This document shows positions 41,804 to 56,545 of a stretch of 64,000 nt of DNA, one piece after another. Source of the stretch: an uncultured Chloroflexia bacterium (GTDB taxonomy: Bacteria > Chloroflexota > Limnocylindria > Limnocylindrales > CSP1-4); contig CAVQJC010000001.1 in the NCBI GenBank assembly GCA_963712745.1, positions 288,001 to 352,000 on the forward strand, read 5' to 3'. A program made the translations under genes and the position numbers. Under the pieces are notes generated by a model. The model did not search any database. It saw nothing but the letters and a program-made list of their open reading frames with translations, and was not told the DNA's origin. Each line of letters starts with the position of its first letter. Positions within the stretch are counted from its first letter, which is position 1.

Positions 41804-44204
41804 TCAGGACTTGGCGGCATCCTCCGCCGCGTCCGCGGCCTCGGCTTCGGCGTCGTTCTTGGCCTCGGCAGCGGCCTCGGCCACGGCCTCTGCCTCGACG
41901 GCGACTTCCAGGTCCGCAGCGACCTCGGCTTCAGCGGCCTCGGCGACCTCCTCAGCGACCTCGGCCACTTCGGCGGCTTCGGCAGCCGCGTCGAGATCCT
42001 CGACCACCTCGGCCGCGGCTTCGGCCTCGACGGCCTCAGCGACCTCAGCCACGCGTTCCGCCTCGACGGCCTGGGCCATGGCTTCTGCGGCGGCCTCGGG
42101 TGTCTCCGCGTCAGCGGCTGCCTTGACGTCGGCGATGACCTCTGCCTCGGCCGTCTCCTTGACGGCCTCGGCGACCTCGGCCACTTCTTCGGCCTCGACG
42201 GCTGCCTCGACGTCCGCGGCTGCCTCTTCGAGCGCAGCCTCCTCGACCGCTTCGGCATCCTCAGCCACGGCTTCGGCCTCGACAGCGTCGACGAGTGCTT
42301 CTGCCTCGACGGCCTCGGCGATGGCCTCGGTCTCGCCGGAAGCCGCTGCGTCCTGCTCGGCGATCTGCTGGCGAACCTGCGCGAAGGCCGCCGCCAGCGT
42401 GTTGTCGATGCCGCCCTCGGGCTCCTGGATGGCCTGCGAGCGGTCGAAACCGCCTCGCTCGCTACGGGGCCGGCGCTCTCGCGGGGGCCTGGCCGGAGCC
42501 TCTTCCGCCTGCTTGAGACTGAGGCCCAGGCGATGGCGCTCGGAGTCGAGGGAGATGATCTTGAGCTTGAGCGTCTGGCCTTCGTGAACCACGTCGCCCG
42601 GATGAGCAACGCGCTGGTGCGATAGCTCGCTGATGTGGATGAGGCCCTCGAGACCGTCCTTGACGCGAACGAAGGCGCCGAAGTTGACGATCTTGGTGAC
42701 CGTGCCGTCGACGAGGTCGCCGACCTTGAGGTCGGCCACGGTCGACTGCCACGGGTCGGGCAGCAGGCGGCGGATGGAAAGGCTGATGCGACCGCGCTCG
42801 TGGTTGATGTCGATGACCTCGGCCTCGACCTCGTCACCCACCTCGTACGAACCCTCGGGGTTGTTGACCTTGTTCCAGGACAGCTCGCTCTTGTGCACGA
42901 GCCCGTCGATCCCGCCAAGGTCGACGAAGATGCCGAACGGCGCGATGGAGCGGACGGTGCCCTTCACGTTCTGGCCGGTCTCGAGACTGCTGAAGAGCTC
43001 GTCGCGCTTCTCACGGCGCTCCTCGTAGAGGGCCACCTTCTCCGAGAGGATGAGGCGATTGGCCTTGCGGTTGACCTCGAGGATCTTGAGGCGGAGCTTG
43101 CGCCCCACGTAGGGCTGCAGCTTCTCGGCGATCTCCTGCGCGGCGTCGCGTGGCTGATCGTTCTGCGGGCGGCGGGGGAAGTCCACGATCTGGCTGATGG
43201 GGACGAAGCCTCGGATGCCGCAGTCGACGATAAGGCCGCCCTTGTTGTGGTCGATGACGGGAGCCTCGATGATGACGCCCTCGTCGAACTGCTCCTGCAT
43301 CGAGCGCCACTTGCGCTCGAGTCCGGCCCGGCGGAGCGACAGGACGGCGTGGCCGTCGCTCGACTCCGGCTGCAGCACGTAGACCAGCACCGTGTCACCG
43401 ACGTTGAGCTCGGGCTGCGACTCGGTGTTGCGGCCGTAGAGCTCGCGGTTGCTGACCACGCCCTCGGACTTGGCGCCGACGTCGACGAGCATCTCGTCCT
43501 TGTCGATGCGGACGATCTTGCCCTCGACCACGTCACCGTGCTTGAGGCTGGGGATATCGCCCGACTGCTCCGCGAGCAGCTCCTCCATAGTGGTGGGCTC
43601 GGGACCCAGGTCGACCGGTTCCGCGGCTGCCTCGGCCGGCGGCTCCTCGGCGGCTGCTTCGGCTGCCGCCTCCGGCTCGGCTGCGGCTGTGGCCTCCGGC
43701 TCGGCTGCGGCTGTGGCCTCTGGCTCGGCTGGCCTCGGCTGCGGCGGCCTCTGGCTCGGCTTCGGCTGCGGCCTCTGGCTCGGCTTCGGCTGTGGCCTCT
43801 GGCTCGGCTTCGGCTGCGGCCTCTGGCTCGGCTTCGGCTGTGGCCTCTGGCTCGGCTTCGGCTGCGGCCTCTGGCTCGGCTGCGGCTGTGGCCTCTGGCT
43901 CGGCTGCGGCTGTGGCCTCCGGCTCGGCCGGTGCCTCGGGGGCACCCTCTGGGGTCGGCTCTGCAGCCGGTGCGACGTCAGCGACCTCCGCGGTCGGGGC
44001 GGGCTCTTCGGTCGGTGTCTCGGGAGCGGGGGATCCTGCCTCTACGGCAGCAGCCGTGTCACCGGCTTCCGGCTCGGCCGCGATGGCGGCTGTAGCTTCG
44101 ACAGGTGTGGCCTCCGTGGCTGCGGCCTCGGGGGCTTCGGTCGCTGTCTCGGCCGCGCTCGCGGCGTTCTCGGTTTCGGTGGTCTGCGGCTCTTCTACGG
44201 TCAA
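41804..44204 (-). CDS. rpsA: 30S ribosomal protein S1 (4 S1 domains) with long acidic N- and C-terminal extensions; 1-nt frameshift at about 43730
   Basis: S1 motifs (VDVGAKSEG, GFVPISQ, FGIFVDLGGIDGLVHKSELSW, FGAFV..EGLIHISEL); TTG start at 44204 with AAGGAG SD; ORFs 43533-44252 and 41804-43945 join. Confidence 0.9.
43650..43930 (-). repeat. 24-bp coding tandem repeat (AEPEA[T/A]A[A/E], about 10 copies) in the rpsA N-terminus
   Basis: ggcctctggctcggc-t[tc/gc]ggctg[c/t] units on the + strand. Confidence 0.9.
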
Positions 44205-44411
44205 CTCTCTGGTCTCCTTGGTCGATAGGCTCCGACCTCTGAGCATGCGCAAAGCCCGGGCAGCATCCCGGGCTTCTGTGAGCGGCGGTGCGTCGTCCGT
44301 GTCCGGGTGGGCTCAGAGACTCCTCCGTTACCGGGCCTGCGTGGTCTGCGTATTCTCATTCGGTAGGGCTGGCGCATCCTATCACGGCCGCCCGCACGCA
44401 ACAATGGGACC

Positions 44412-45287
44412 ATGCCTGAGCTGCCGGACCTGCGCATCCTCGCCGACGCCTTCACGACCGCACTCGCCGGCCGCGAGCTCGTCTCGACCCGCCTCGTGCA
44501 GCCGCTCGTCCTGCGCGGGACCGTTGCCGAGCTGCGCGGGCTCGAGGGACGTCGGCTCGAAGGGGTGGAGCAGCGCGGCAAGTTCCTGACGCTTCGACTC
44601 GGCGCCGACCGCATCGTCATCAACGCCATGCTTACCGGTCGGACGGGTCTGGCGGCGCCGGGCGCCAAGGCGTTCACCGCTACCGCGCTGGTGCTCGGCT
44701 TCGGAGCGCGGGAGTCAGCGCCCGACGGACTCGAGGTGGCTCCGTGGACGCGCGGGGCCTCGTGGCTGCCGCCGGACGGCGAGCCGGTGGAGCTGCGCTA
44801 CCGCGACGCCAAGAAGATGGGCAAGGTCTATCTGCTGCCGCAGGGCATCGAACGGGAAGTGGCAGGCTGGGCCTCGCTGGGTCCCGATGCCGACGACCCG
44901 GCGCTGGACCTCGAGGCGTGGCAGGAGCGCATCCAGCGCCACCACGGGGAGCTGCACAACCTGCTCAAGAACCAGGAGTTCGTGGCCGGTATCGGCAACG
45001 CCTATAGCGACGAGATCCTGTGGGCCGCGCGGATCGCTCCGTTCCGCAAGCGGTCCACGTTGGCGAACGAGGAGTCGGCGGCACTGTGGCGTGCCGCTCG
45101 CGAGGTCATGGACTGGGCGATCCCTGAGCTGCAGGTGCGCGTCCCGCCCACATTCGAGAAACAGGCGCGTGACTTCCTGCGCGTGCACCGGCGCGGCGGC
45201 GAAGCCTGTCCGCGCTGCGGCGCCACGCTCAGCGAGGTCTCGCCGGGCGGTTTCACCACCACCTGGTGCCGCTCCTGCCAGGTCTAG
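44412..45287 (+). CDS. Fpg/Nei family DNA glycosylase/AP lyase (divergent)
   Basis: N-terminal PELPD, RGKFL, H2TH motif AGIGNAYSDEILW, C-terminal CPRC..CRSC Zn finger. Confidence 0.92.
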   Translation: MPELPDLRILADAFTTALAGRELVSTRLVQPLVLRGTVAELRGLEGRRLEGVEQRGKFLTLRLGADRIVINAMLTGRTGLAAPGAKAFTATALVLGFGARESAPDGLEVAPWTRGASWLPPDGEPVELRYRDAKKMGKVYLLPQGIEREVAGWASLGPDADDPALDLEAWQERIQRHHGELHNLLKNQEFVAGIGNAYSDEILWAARIAPFRKRSTLANEESAALWRAAREVMDWAIPELQVRVPPTFEKQARDFLRVHRRGGEACPRCGATLSEVSPGGFTTTWCRSCQV

Positions 45288-45378
45288 CCTCGTCACCGTG
45301 CCAGTACACCCGAGGCGGCGCTGGAGACTCCAGGGCGGACCGATGTCGAGGAGGGACGCAGCTCGGCCGCGGGCGACG

Positions 45379-46647
45379 CTACGGGGCGAGACCCTGGAAG
45401 CCGGGCACGGCCTCCACTTCTTCGATGGTCATGTCGCCTGAGACCGGCACCACGATGACGTCGCCGGCCTCGACATAGGGCTTCTTGTCGCCGAAGCCAC
45501 CGTTGGCTTCGACGATGGCCGGCCGGTCCGTGCCGAAGGTCTGGGCGATCTTGACCAGGCCCTCGTCTTCCTGGACCTGGTACAGGATCTCGAAGCCGGC
45601 GGAGGATGGGGGGGTGGTCAGATCCGGCGTGGAGTCGGCATCCGGCTCGGGTGTCGGCTCAGGCGTGCGCTCGGGCTTGGTCGTCTTGGCCGGCTGGCCT
45701 GAGGCCGCCGCCGAGGGCGAAGCTTCACCGGCCGGCCCCGCGGGCTCACTGGAGCAGCTGCCGAGGAGCAATACGAAGAGGAAGACGATGATGGCGATGC
45801 CCGCGATCGCGGCGGCCACGACGATGGGCCGACGCGAGTCCGCGGCTCCACTCGAAGTGCGCGCGGTGCGTGCTGTTGCGGATCGGAGCTCCGCGGCCGG
45901 GGTGCCCCCAGCCTCGCCGCCTTCCTGCGCGAACTTGTACATCTCGCAGCGCGTATGCCTGTCGGTCAGGCAGAAGCGTTCCTGGAAGGCGAGAGGCAGG
46001 GTGCCTGGAGGATCCTGGACCGTGCAGCGATGGCCTTCGTCAGGTTCCGCCGAGCGGTAGGTGCCGTCCTCGGAAGCCAGGTACGGGCAGACGCCGGCCA
46101 GCCAGTCGCCAGGCACGACTGGGGCGCCCACCGGGCCCTGGACCGGCGACTCCGCAACTGCCTGGGGGATGTCCGCCCCATCGGCCCCGCCGGTCGCGGC
46201 GGCGTCCGGATCAGCCGGCTCAGCCTCGTCAACGCCTGGCTCCGATCCGCCGGTGTGGGCCACGGGGGCTGCGGCCGGAAGCGACTCGGGAGCGGCCGCG
46301 GCGGTCTCATCGGGGCCCTCGGTGGCCGGCCCTGACCGCGGCGGCACGACCGGCCCCTGGCCGGCGGGAGCCGGCGGCATCGGCTGCCAGCTCATCGGCT
46401 CGAGAGTCGGCGCCGGCATCTGCGGCGCGGGGGGCATCGCGGGCGTGGGGGGCGACCCGCCCGACGGCGGCACGGATCCGGGCATAGCCGGCATCCGCGG
46501 GGGCGTCGGCCCAGGCGGCCCAGGCGGCGGCGTGGGCGCAGGCGGCCTATCCGGAGGCACGGCCGCTCCGCCCCCGTCGGTAGTCAGGGGCGCTCCGTCA
46601 CGGCTCTCCGGCAGCGTCCACTGCTCGTCCTGAGGATCAGACTGCAC
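45379..46647 (-). CDS. Membrane-anchored LysM-domain protein with Pro-rich N-terminus and Cys/His cluster
   Basis: C-terminal YQVQEDEGLVKIAQTFG..IVEAN..AGDVIVVP LysM; single TM; PT-rich linker. Confidence 0.8.
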   Translation of the reverse strand: MQSDPQDEQWTLPESRDGAPLTTDGGGAAVPPDRPPAPTPPPGPPGPTPPRMPAMPGSVPPSGGSPPTPAMPPAPQMPAPTLEPMSWQPMPPAPAGQGPVVPPRSGPATEGPDETAAAAPESLPAAAPVAHTGGSEPGVDEAEPADPDAAATGGADGADIPQAVAESPVQGPVGAPVVPGDWLAGVCPYLASEDGTYRSAEPDEGHRCTVQDPPGTLPLAFQERFCLTDRHTRCEMYKFAQEGGEAGGTPAAELRSATARTARTSSGAADSRRPIVVAAAIAGIAIIVFLFVLLLGSCSSEPAGPAGEASPSAAASGQPAKTTKPERTPEPTPEPDADSTPDLTTPPSSAGFEILYQVQEDEGLVKIAQTFGTDRPAIVEANGGFGDKKPYVEAGDVIVVPVSGDMTIEEVEAVPGFQGLAP

Positions 46648-46745
46648 GACGCGATGATACGGCGTCGGTACAGTTCGAGCGCCGGACGCCGAGAACGGCC
46701 GCCGATGACGACGACCGCCCGGTCAGTTCAGGACAACGCAAAAGA

Positions 46746-46863
46746 CCCTGGCGACGACCTATTTTCCCGAGGGGCTGCCCCCTGAGTATCTTCGGCGCTG
46801 GAGAGCTTGACTTCCGTGTTCGAGATGGGAACGGGTATGGCCTCTCCGCTAGAGTCACCAGGA
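46746..46863 (-). rRNA. rrf: 5S rRNA
   Basis: TCCTGGTGAC...CCCGTTCCCATCTCGAACACGGAAGTCAAG...GTCGCCAGGG. Confidence 0.97.
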
Positions 46864-47025
46864 TCTCGTGCGTGTGTTCAGAGTGACGACGTGATCGGCA
46901 CGACGGCGTAGCCGGCGTGTGTGAGTCTGAACTTCGATCCCTGCCGCGGCGCGACCTTCCGTCGCGCTGACGCGGTGAAATCTTCCGGACCTTCCTGGCA
47001 GCTGCCCTTGGTTGGGCTGCTGAAT

Positions 47026-50082
<3,057 letters not shown>

Positions 50083-50471
50083 TCCCTCAGCAACTCACCC
50101 AAAGGTAGTTGCCGATGGAAGGTCCGGGATCATTAACCTTGTCGTTAAATCTTCGGCAGAAATCGAAGTTCAAAAAAGACTTACGTTTTCTTCCGATCAC
50201 GTCTTCACTTTGTAAGGTGCTGCGAGTCAGGCTCGCACTGTCCAGCGATCCGCTGGTCGGTGACCTCCAGGCTTGCGCCTGAAGCCCACGGATCAGGGGC
50301 TCTCCGGGCGTTGACACACAAGACGGCTCGAAGACCTCGAGCCGTCTCCACGATGCGGCCAGGGTTGCTCTTCGAGAGCCTCGCGGGGTCTACCCGATAT
50401 TCGGTTCGGCATGGTCAGGCTGTCGGTCAGCAGACTGTCGTACCTCGTCGGCATCCGTGTCGGCAGGGAGT

Positions 50472-50547
50472 TGGTGGAGACGAGGAGACTCGAACTCCTG
50501 ACCCTCTCCTTGCAAAGGAGATGCTCTTCCAACTGAGCTACGCCCCC
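50472..50547 (-). tRNA. tRNA-Ala (TGC), in the rrn spacer
   Basis: GGGGGCGTAGCTCAG...TCTCC-TTTGCAA-GGAGA...ACCA; G3:U70 pair. Confidence 0.97.
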
Positions 50548-50577
50548 TTGGCGCCCGACGACCCATCGGACGGTACG

Positions 50578-50654
50578 TGGTGGGCGTTTCTGGACTCGAA
50601 CCAGAGACCTCTGCCTTATCAGGGCAGTGCTCTAACCAACTGAGCTAAACGCCC
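50578..50654 (-). tRNA. tRNA-Ile (GAT), in the rrn spacer
   Basis: GGGCGTTTAGCTCAG...CTGCC-CTGATAA-GGCAG...ACCA. Confidence 0.97.
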
Positions 50655-50693
50655 GGCGCACCCCCCGGCGAGTCGACCTCCCGAGGGGTGACT

Positions 50694-50712
50694 GCACCTT
50701 AACACTTGAAGA
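50694..50712 (-). other. 3' strand of the 16S precursor processing stem (pairs with 52474-52492)
   Basis: gcaccttaacacttgaaga is a near-perfect inverted repeat of tcttcacttgttaaggtgc upstream of 16S; a similar element at 50202-50220 precedes the 23S. Confidence 0.75.
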
Positions 50713-50888
50713 GTGACAGATAAGCCTTGCACGAACGGTTTCGGTGCTTGTGCTGGGTCGTTCACGATCTCACACGGACGGATCCGTATGCCGCCCCCAC
50801 CCAGCGGGTTGGCGATATCGATCGTGGCGATCAACCTGGGAGGGTATCTAGCGCTCTGGCCTCACCGATGGCCTCGGCTCCCTCTCCC

Positions 50889-52393
<1,505 letters not shown>

Positions 52394-52533
52394 AAAAGGG
52401 TCGATCTTGCGATCGTCCCTTTAGGTTTCGGGGGTTTGCCCGCTCGCACAATTTTCTAATGACTCGTCTGCCACTCTTCACTTGTTAAGGTGCATCCGTA
52501 TCCCCGCATGAGCGAGACCCGGCACAGCGGTCC

Positions 52534-52562
52534 ATGGTGACACAGGCAATCTGGTCTGTCAA
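52534..52562 (-). promoter_or_regulatory. Putative rrn promoter
   Basis: Minus strand TTGACA-N17-CACCAT with TGTG upstream of the -10, just before the 16S leader stem. Confidence 0.55.
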
Positions 52563-53015
52563 CTACGGGTGGTGCCAGCTCTGACCCAGCGGCCCGAGCT
52601 CGCGGGGCACGGGTGTCGTGCCCTGCGGGATCCGTATCGTAGCCGTATTCGCGGATCACGTCAGATGGCGCCGACCCGTCTGCAAACACGGAATCGCGGT
52701 GCCGTCCGACCATCACGACAGCAACGGGGGCTCGCTGCATGAGGTCATTGAGGTCGCCATGAATGAGCGATGGCCCTGGGTAGCGACATGATCGGCGGCT
52801 GACCAGAGACCTACCCGCGGCCGGTCACCAGGGCCTGCTGCGTGGCCTGGCCGTACCCATCGTCTTCCTCGGCTCACTGCTGGCGCTGCTTTTCGTCGGC
52901 ACCCGACCGCGGGATGCTCGGCGTGTCGGTCACCCCGCACAGTGGCCGGCTAGGCGACTGCGCGAGACGATGGCCGCCCTGACGGGCGTCGCAGGAGCCG
53001 CGCTCGCCCAGGACG

Positions 53016-53187
53016 CTAGATGACGCCGTTCTCCGCGAGCAGGATGAAGCTGGCGGCGCTGATCCAGCAGGCCAGGGCGAGCACAGCTGAGCCGGGTTCA
53101 CCGAGGATACCGGTGATGACCCAGTAGAGCAGCAAGCCCAAGGAGCAGGGCGATGGCCGGCTTGATGAGACGCAGAGAGCGCCTCAT
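53016..53187 (-). CDS. Small 2-TM membrane protein (about 56 aa, one indel)
   Basis: Reconstructed [56 protein letters not shown]; ATGA overlap with the recR stop. Confidence 0.55.
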
Positions 53188-53840
53188 TGACGAGATACCT
53201 CAACGGTCGACTCGGCTCGAGTCAGTTCATGCCGACCCTGGAGTGCCCGGACGAGGGTCACCTCGTCGGCATACTCGAGGTCGCCACCCAACGGGAATAC
53301 CGCGGGCGATGCGTGGAGACCTCGCCGACGTGCTCGCGCATGCCGCTCGGCCAGGTACATCGCGGTAGCCTCCCCTCGAGCGTGGGATTGGTCGCGAGCA
53401 CGATCTCGGCGTAGCGATCACCCGCGACTGCGACGCTCTTGCGACACGCTCGAGCAGCTCGCGGATGTGCAGACGCTCGGGCCCGATGCCGTCGACCGGC
53501 GAGATGGCGCCGTGCAGGACGTGATAGCGACCCTTGAACGCGCGCGTACGCTCCAGTGCGAGCACGTCGAGCGGCTCCTCGACGACACACAAGCCTGGTG
53601 TCGTCGCGGCCCGGATCGAGGCAGATCGGACACAGCGGCCCGGTGCTGATGTCGAAACAGCGCTCGCAGAAGACGACGTCGTCGCGCACGGAGATGAGCG
53701 CAGCAGCCAGGGCGCGGGCCTCGGTGTCGGGTGCACGCAGCAGAGTGGTAGGTCAGCCGTTGCGCGGTCTTGGGACCGATGCCGGGTAGTCGCGAGAAGG
53801 ATTCGATGAGCCGTGCGACCGGCTCGATGAGACCGGTCAC
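53184..53840 (-). CDS. recR: Recombination protein RecR (several indels, probable sequencing errors)
   Basis: Fragments across frames: [58 protein letters not shown]. Confidence 0.9.
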
Positions 53841-53864
53841 CGGCGGAGGATGCCTCAGCCGCGG

Positions 53865-54172
53865 CTACATGCCGGGGATCTGCAGGCCACCAGTCACACG
53901 CGCGAGCTTCTGCTCGGCCGTCGATGCGCGCATTCGCGAGCGCGTCGCCAACGGCGGCGACGACGAGGTCCTGGAGCATCTCCACGTCGTCTGGGTCGAC
54001 GACGCTCGGGTCGATGGTCACCGACACGATGTCCTGCTTGCCGGTCACGACCGCCTTGACGACGCCGCCGCCGGCGCTGCCTTCGATCTGGAGCGTCTCC
54101 GAGTTCCTGCTGGATGCGCGCCATGTCGGCCTGCATCTGCTGGGCCATCTTGGCCAGGTTGCCCATGCCCAT
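53865..54172 (-). CDS. ybaB: YbaB/EbfC nucleoid-associated protein (indels)
   Basis: MAQQMQADM..; EGSAGGGVV; [15 protein letters not shown]; ...GGLQIPGM; lies between dnaX and recR. Confidence 0.88.
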
Positions 54173-54201
54173 GCTTGTCTCCTTCGTGGTGTTCGCCTTG
54201 C

Positions 54202-55928
54202 CTAGTCGATGTCTCCGAGGCCTTCGATCTCGCCGTCGAAGATCCGTCGTGCCTGTGAAACGAGATCGCCTTCGCCGGCATCGACCGGTTCGACAAGCTC
54301 CAGGTTCGTCACGACGCAGCGTACCGCCACCGTGCCTCCCATGACGGACGTGATGCCATCCTCGAGCACGATGCGCTTGCGTTCGGCGATGTCGCGCATG
54401 AACGCCTGGTCCTCGGGGAAACCCAGGATCAGGAAGCCATCGCGCATCTCTACCGGCCGGCAGGTCGTGACCAGGGGCCGATTGGCCGGGTTGCTGCTGA
54501 TGGCGGCCACGATCTGCGGCCAGGCACCGCGGATCCGCGCGATCTGATCGCCCGGCTCGGACGGAGCACCGCTGGCGCGCGAGGGAGGGCGAGGTTGTCG
54601 CCGACCGCGGCTGGCGGGCTCATCGGCGGGAGCACAGCGCGAGGTCGACGGCTGAGTCGCAGGAGCGCCAGGTCGGGACCGGTCCGGCGCTCGCGTGCTG
54701 GCTGGCGCGGCTCGTCCGCTCGGCGGGGAGGCAGGGGCGGGCTGGCGCACGAGGTGGCGGTGGAAGCCGGCTGAGCTGCCGGCTGTGTCGGGCTGGGTTC
54801 ACGGGCGCCGCAGACATCTGGACTCGACACGGCCGGCGTCGTCGCGATCGGACCGTCCGCGGCGGCCAACAGACACAGCTCCAGCTGCCAGCGGTAGCCA
54901 CCCAGGCCACTGCGGCTGGCATCGATCCCGCTGAGCCTGCGGGCAGCCTGTGCCAGTGGTCGGGCTGCGGCACGTTCGTCAGCCGACTTCGACGACATGC
55001 GTTCGACGAGCAGTGCGCGCAGACGCTCGACGAGCTGCTCACTGAAGGCCACCAGGTCACGACCCTCGGCCTCGAGGCTATCGAGGACGTGGACACCGGC
55101 GAGCACATCGCCCTCGACGAGCGCGCTGATGAAGCGGTCGACGGCTGCGTCGTCTGCCAGACCCAGGAGTTCCTGGATGGAGGCTGGCGGTGATCGGGTC
55201 GGCGACGCTGACGAGGACCTGGTCGAGCATCGATTCGGCATCGCGCATGCCGCCACCGGCCATGCGTGCGACCAGTGCGATGGCTTCCGGCTTCGACCGT
55301 GCGCCCTTCGGTCTCGAGGATGCGCCGGAGCTTGCCCTCGATCTCGGGGATCGACAGCGGGCCGGAAGGTGAAGCGTTGCAGCCGCGACACGACCGCCGG
55401 GCGGATCTGGCTCGGATCGGTCGTGCAGAAGATGAAGAGGACGCCATCGGGCGGCTCCTCGAGCGTCTTGAGGAGCACGTCCCAGCCCTCCTTGATGCGC
55501 TGCACCTCATCGATGATGAAGACCTTGCGCCGCAGGTCGGAGGCGGCGGTGTAGACGCGCGGCACCAGCTCGCGCATGTCATCGACCTTGTTGTTGGACG
55601 CTGCATCGAGCTCGACCACGTCGAGTGCACGACCTTCGCGGATGGAGACGCAGTTGGCGCAGGCATCGCACGGTTCGCCATCTCGCAGGTCGGTGCAGTT
55701 GACGGCCTTGGCCATGATCCGCGCCGTCGAGGTCTTGCCCGTGCCGCGCGGCCCGACGAACAGGAAGCCATGGCCGACCCGGTCGAGCCGGACGCCATTG
55801 CGCAGCGTCTGGACCACCGCGTCCTGACCCACGATCTGCGAGAAGGTCTGGGCGCGGAAGCGTCGATAGAGCGCCTGGTTGTCGCTACCTCGGTGATCGG
55901 CGGACGAAGCGATCGGGGTATCTGTCAT
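54202..55928 (-). CDS. dnaX: DNA polymerase III gamma/tau subunit (several indels)
   Basis: LYRRFRAQTF..VGQ, GPRGTGKTS, CDACANC, ELDAASN, IIDEV, LKTLEEPP, GGMRDAESMLDQ. Confidence 0.93.
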
Positions 55929-55976
55929 CGGACTCCGTGGGCCGATCGGGCGCAGACGCGCCGCTGGGTGAGTGTT

Positions 55977-56245
55977 GCCGTGCACCCTCCGTCGACCACG
56001 ACGATGCGCGGGCCCTACCGGAACGATCGGCTCGGACCAGGCCGGTCCGCGGCACCCGGCGAACAGCGCTTAACGCTGCTTCCTTCCGGACCTGACGTGG
56101 TTCACGCGTCGCCGCTGCGCGGGACCCGATCCTCAACACCGATCATCCCGTTGGCTTCCACGTAACGCGGGCCTCGGGAGGGAATTCAGCCCTGCTGGAG
56201 CGGTTTGCAGGTACAGGGCACCGCTAGTTCCCCGCCTAGCACGGC
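55977..56245 (-). ncRNA. ffs: Large (Alu-domain) bacterial SRP RNA
   Basis: About 270 nt; terminal GCCGTGC/GCACGGC pairing, Alu-like GCGGTGCCCTGTACCTGC, helix 8 GTCAGGTCCGGAAGGAAGCAGC; upstream of dnaX; TATGAT -10 at 56252-56257. Confidence 0.93.
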
Positions 56246-56274
56246 CTACGCATCATAGCGGCCACCGGCGGGAG

Positions 56275-56362
56275 TGGCGGAGAGGGCGGGATTCGAACCC
56301 GCGATGGGTTTCCCCATACGGCATTTCCAGTGCCGCGCACTAGGCCTCTATGCGACCTCTCC
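56275..56362 (-). tRNA. tRNA-Ser (GGA)
   Basis: GGAGAGG...CGGCA-CTGGAAA-TGCCG, long variable arm, GCCA end. Confidence 0.96.
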
Positions 56363-56396
56363 GCGTGTGGGACCCGAGCCGGGCTCCACGGGCTAG

Positions 56397-56482
<86 letters not shown>

Positions 56483-56545
56483 GGGTCCGGCGAGAGTCTA
56501 GCAAAGCCGCGGCACGCCCGAAGAACGGACACGGGTCAGCGTGGC

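Noticed and set aside
43650-43930. CRISPR-like repeat array
   Set aside because: Head-to-tail 24-bp units without unique spacers, in frame within rpsA, and no cas genes nearby.
52563-53015. Possible gene or ncRNA upstream of the rrn promoter
   Set aside because: No convincing ORF, codon pattern or structure, and it lies in the low-quality block, so no call can be supported.
54202-55928. Programmed gamma/tau frameshift in dnaX
   Set aside because: The shifts fall inside the AAA+ core and at several sites, no A-AAA-AAG or poly-A slippage site is visible, and neighbouring genes are equally broken.
55977-56245. Large Alu-containing SRP RNA as a novelty
   Set aside because: A known class in Firmicutes and several other phyla, at its usual position upstream of dnaX.
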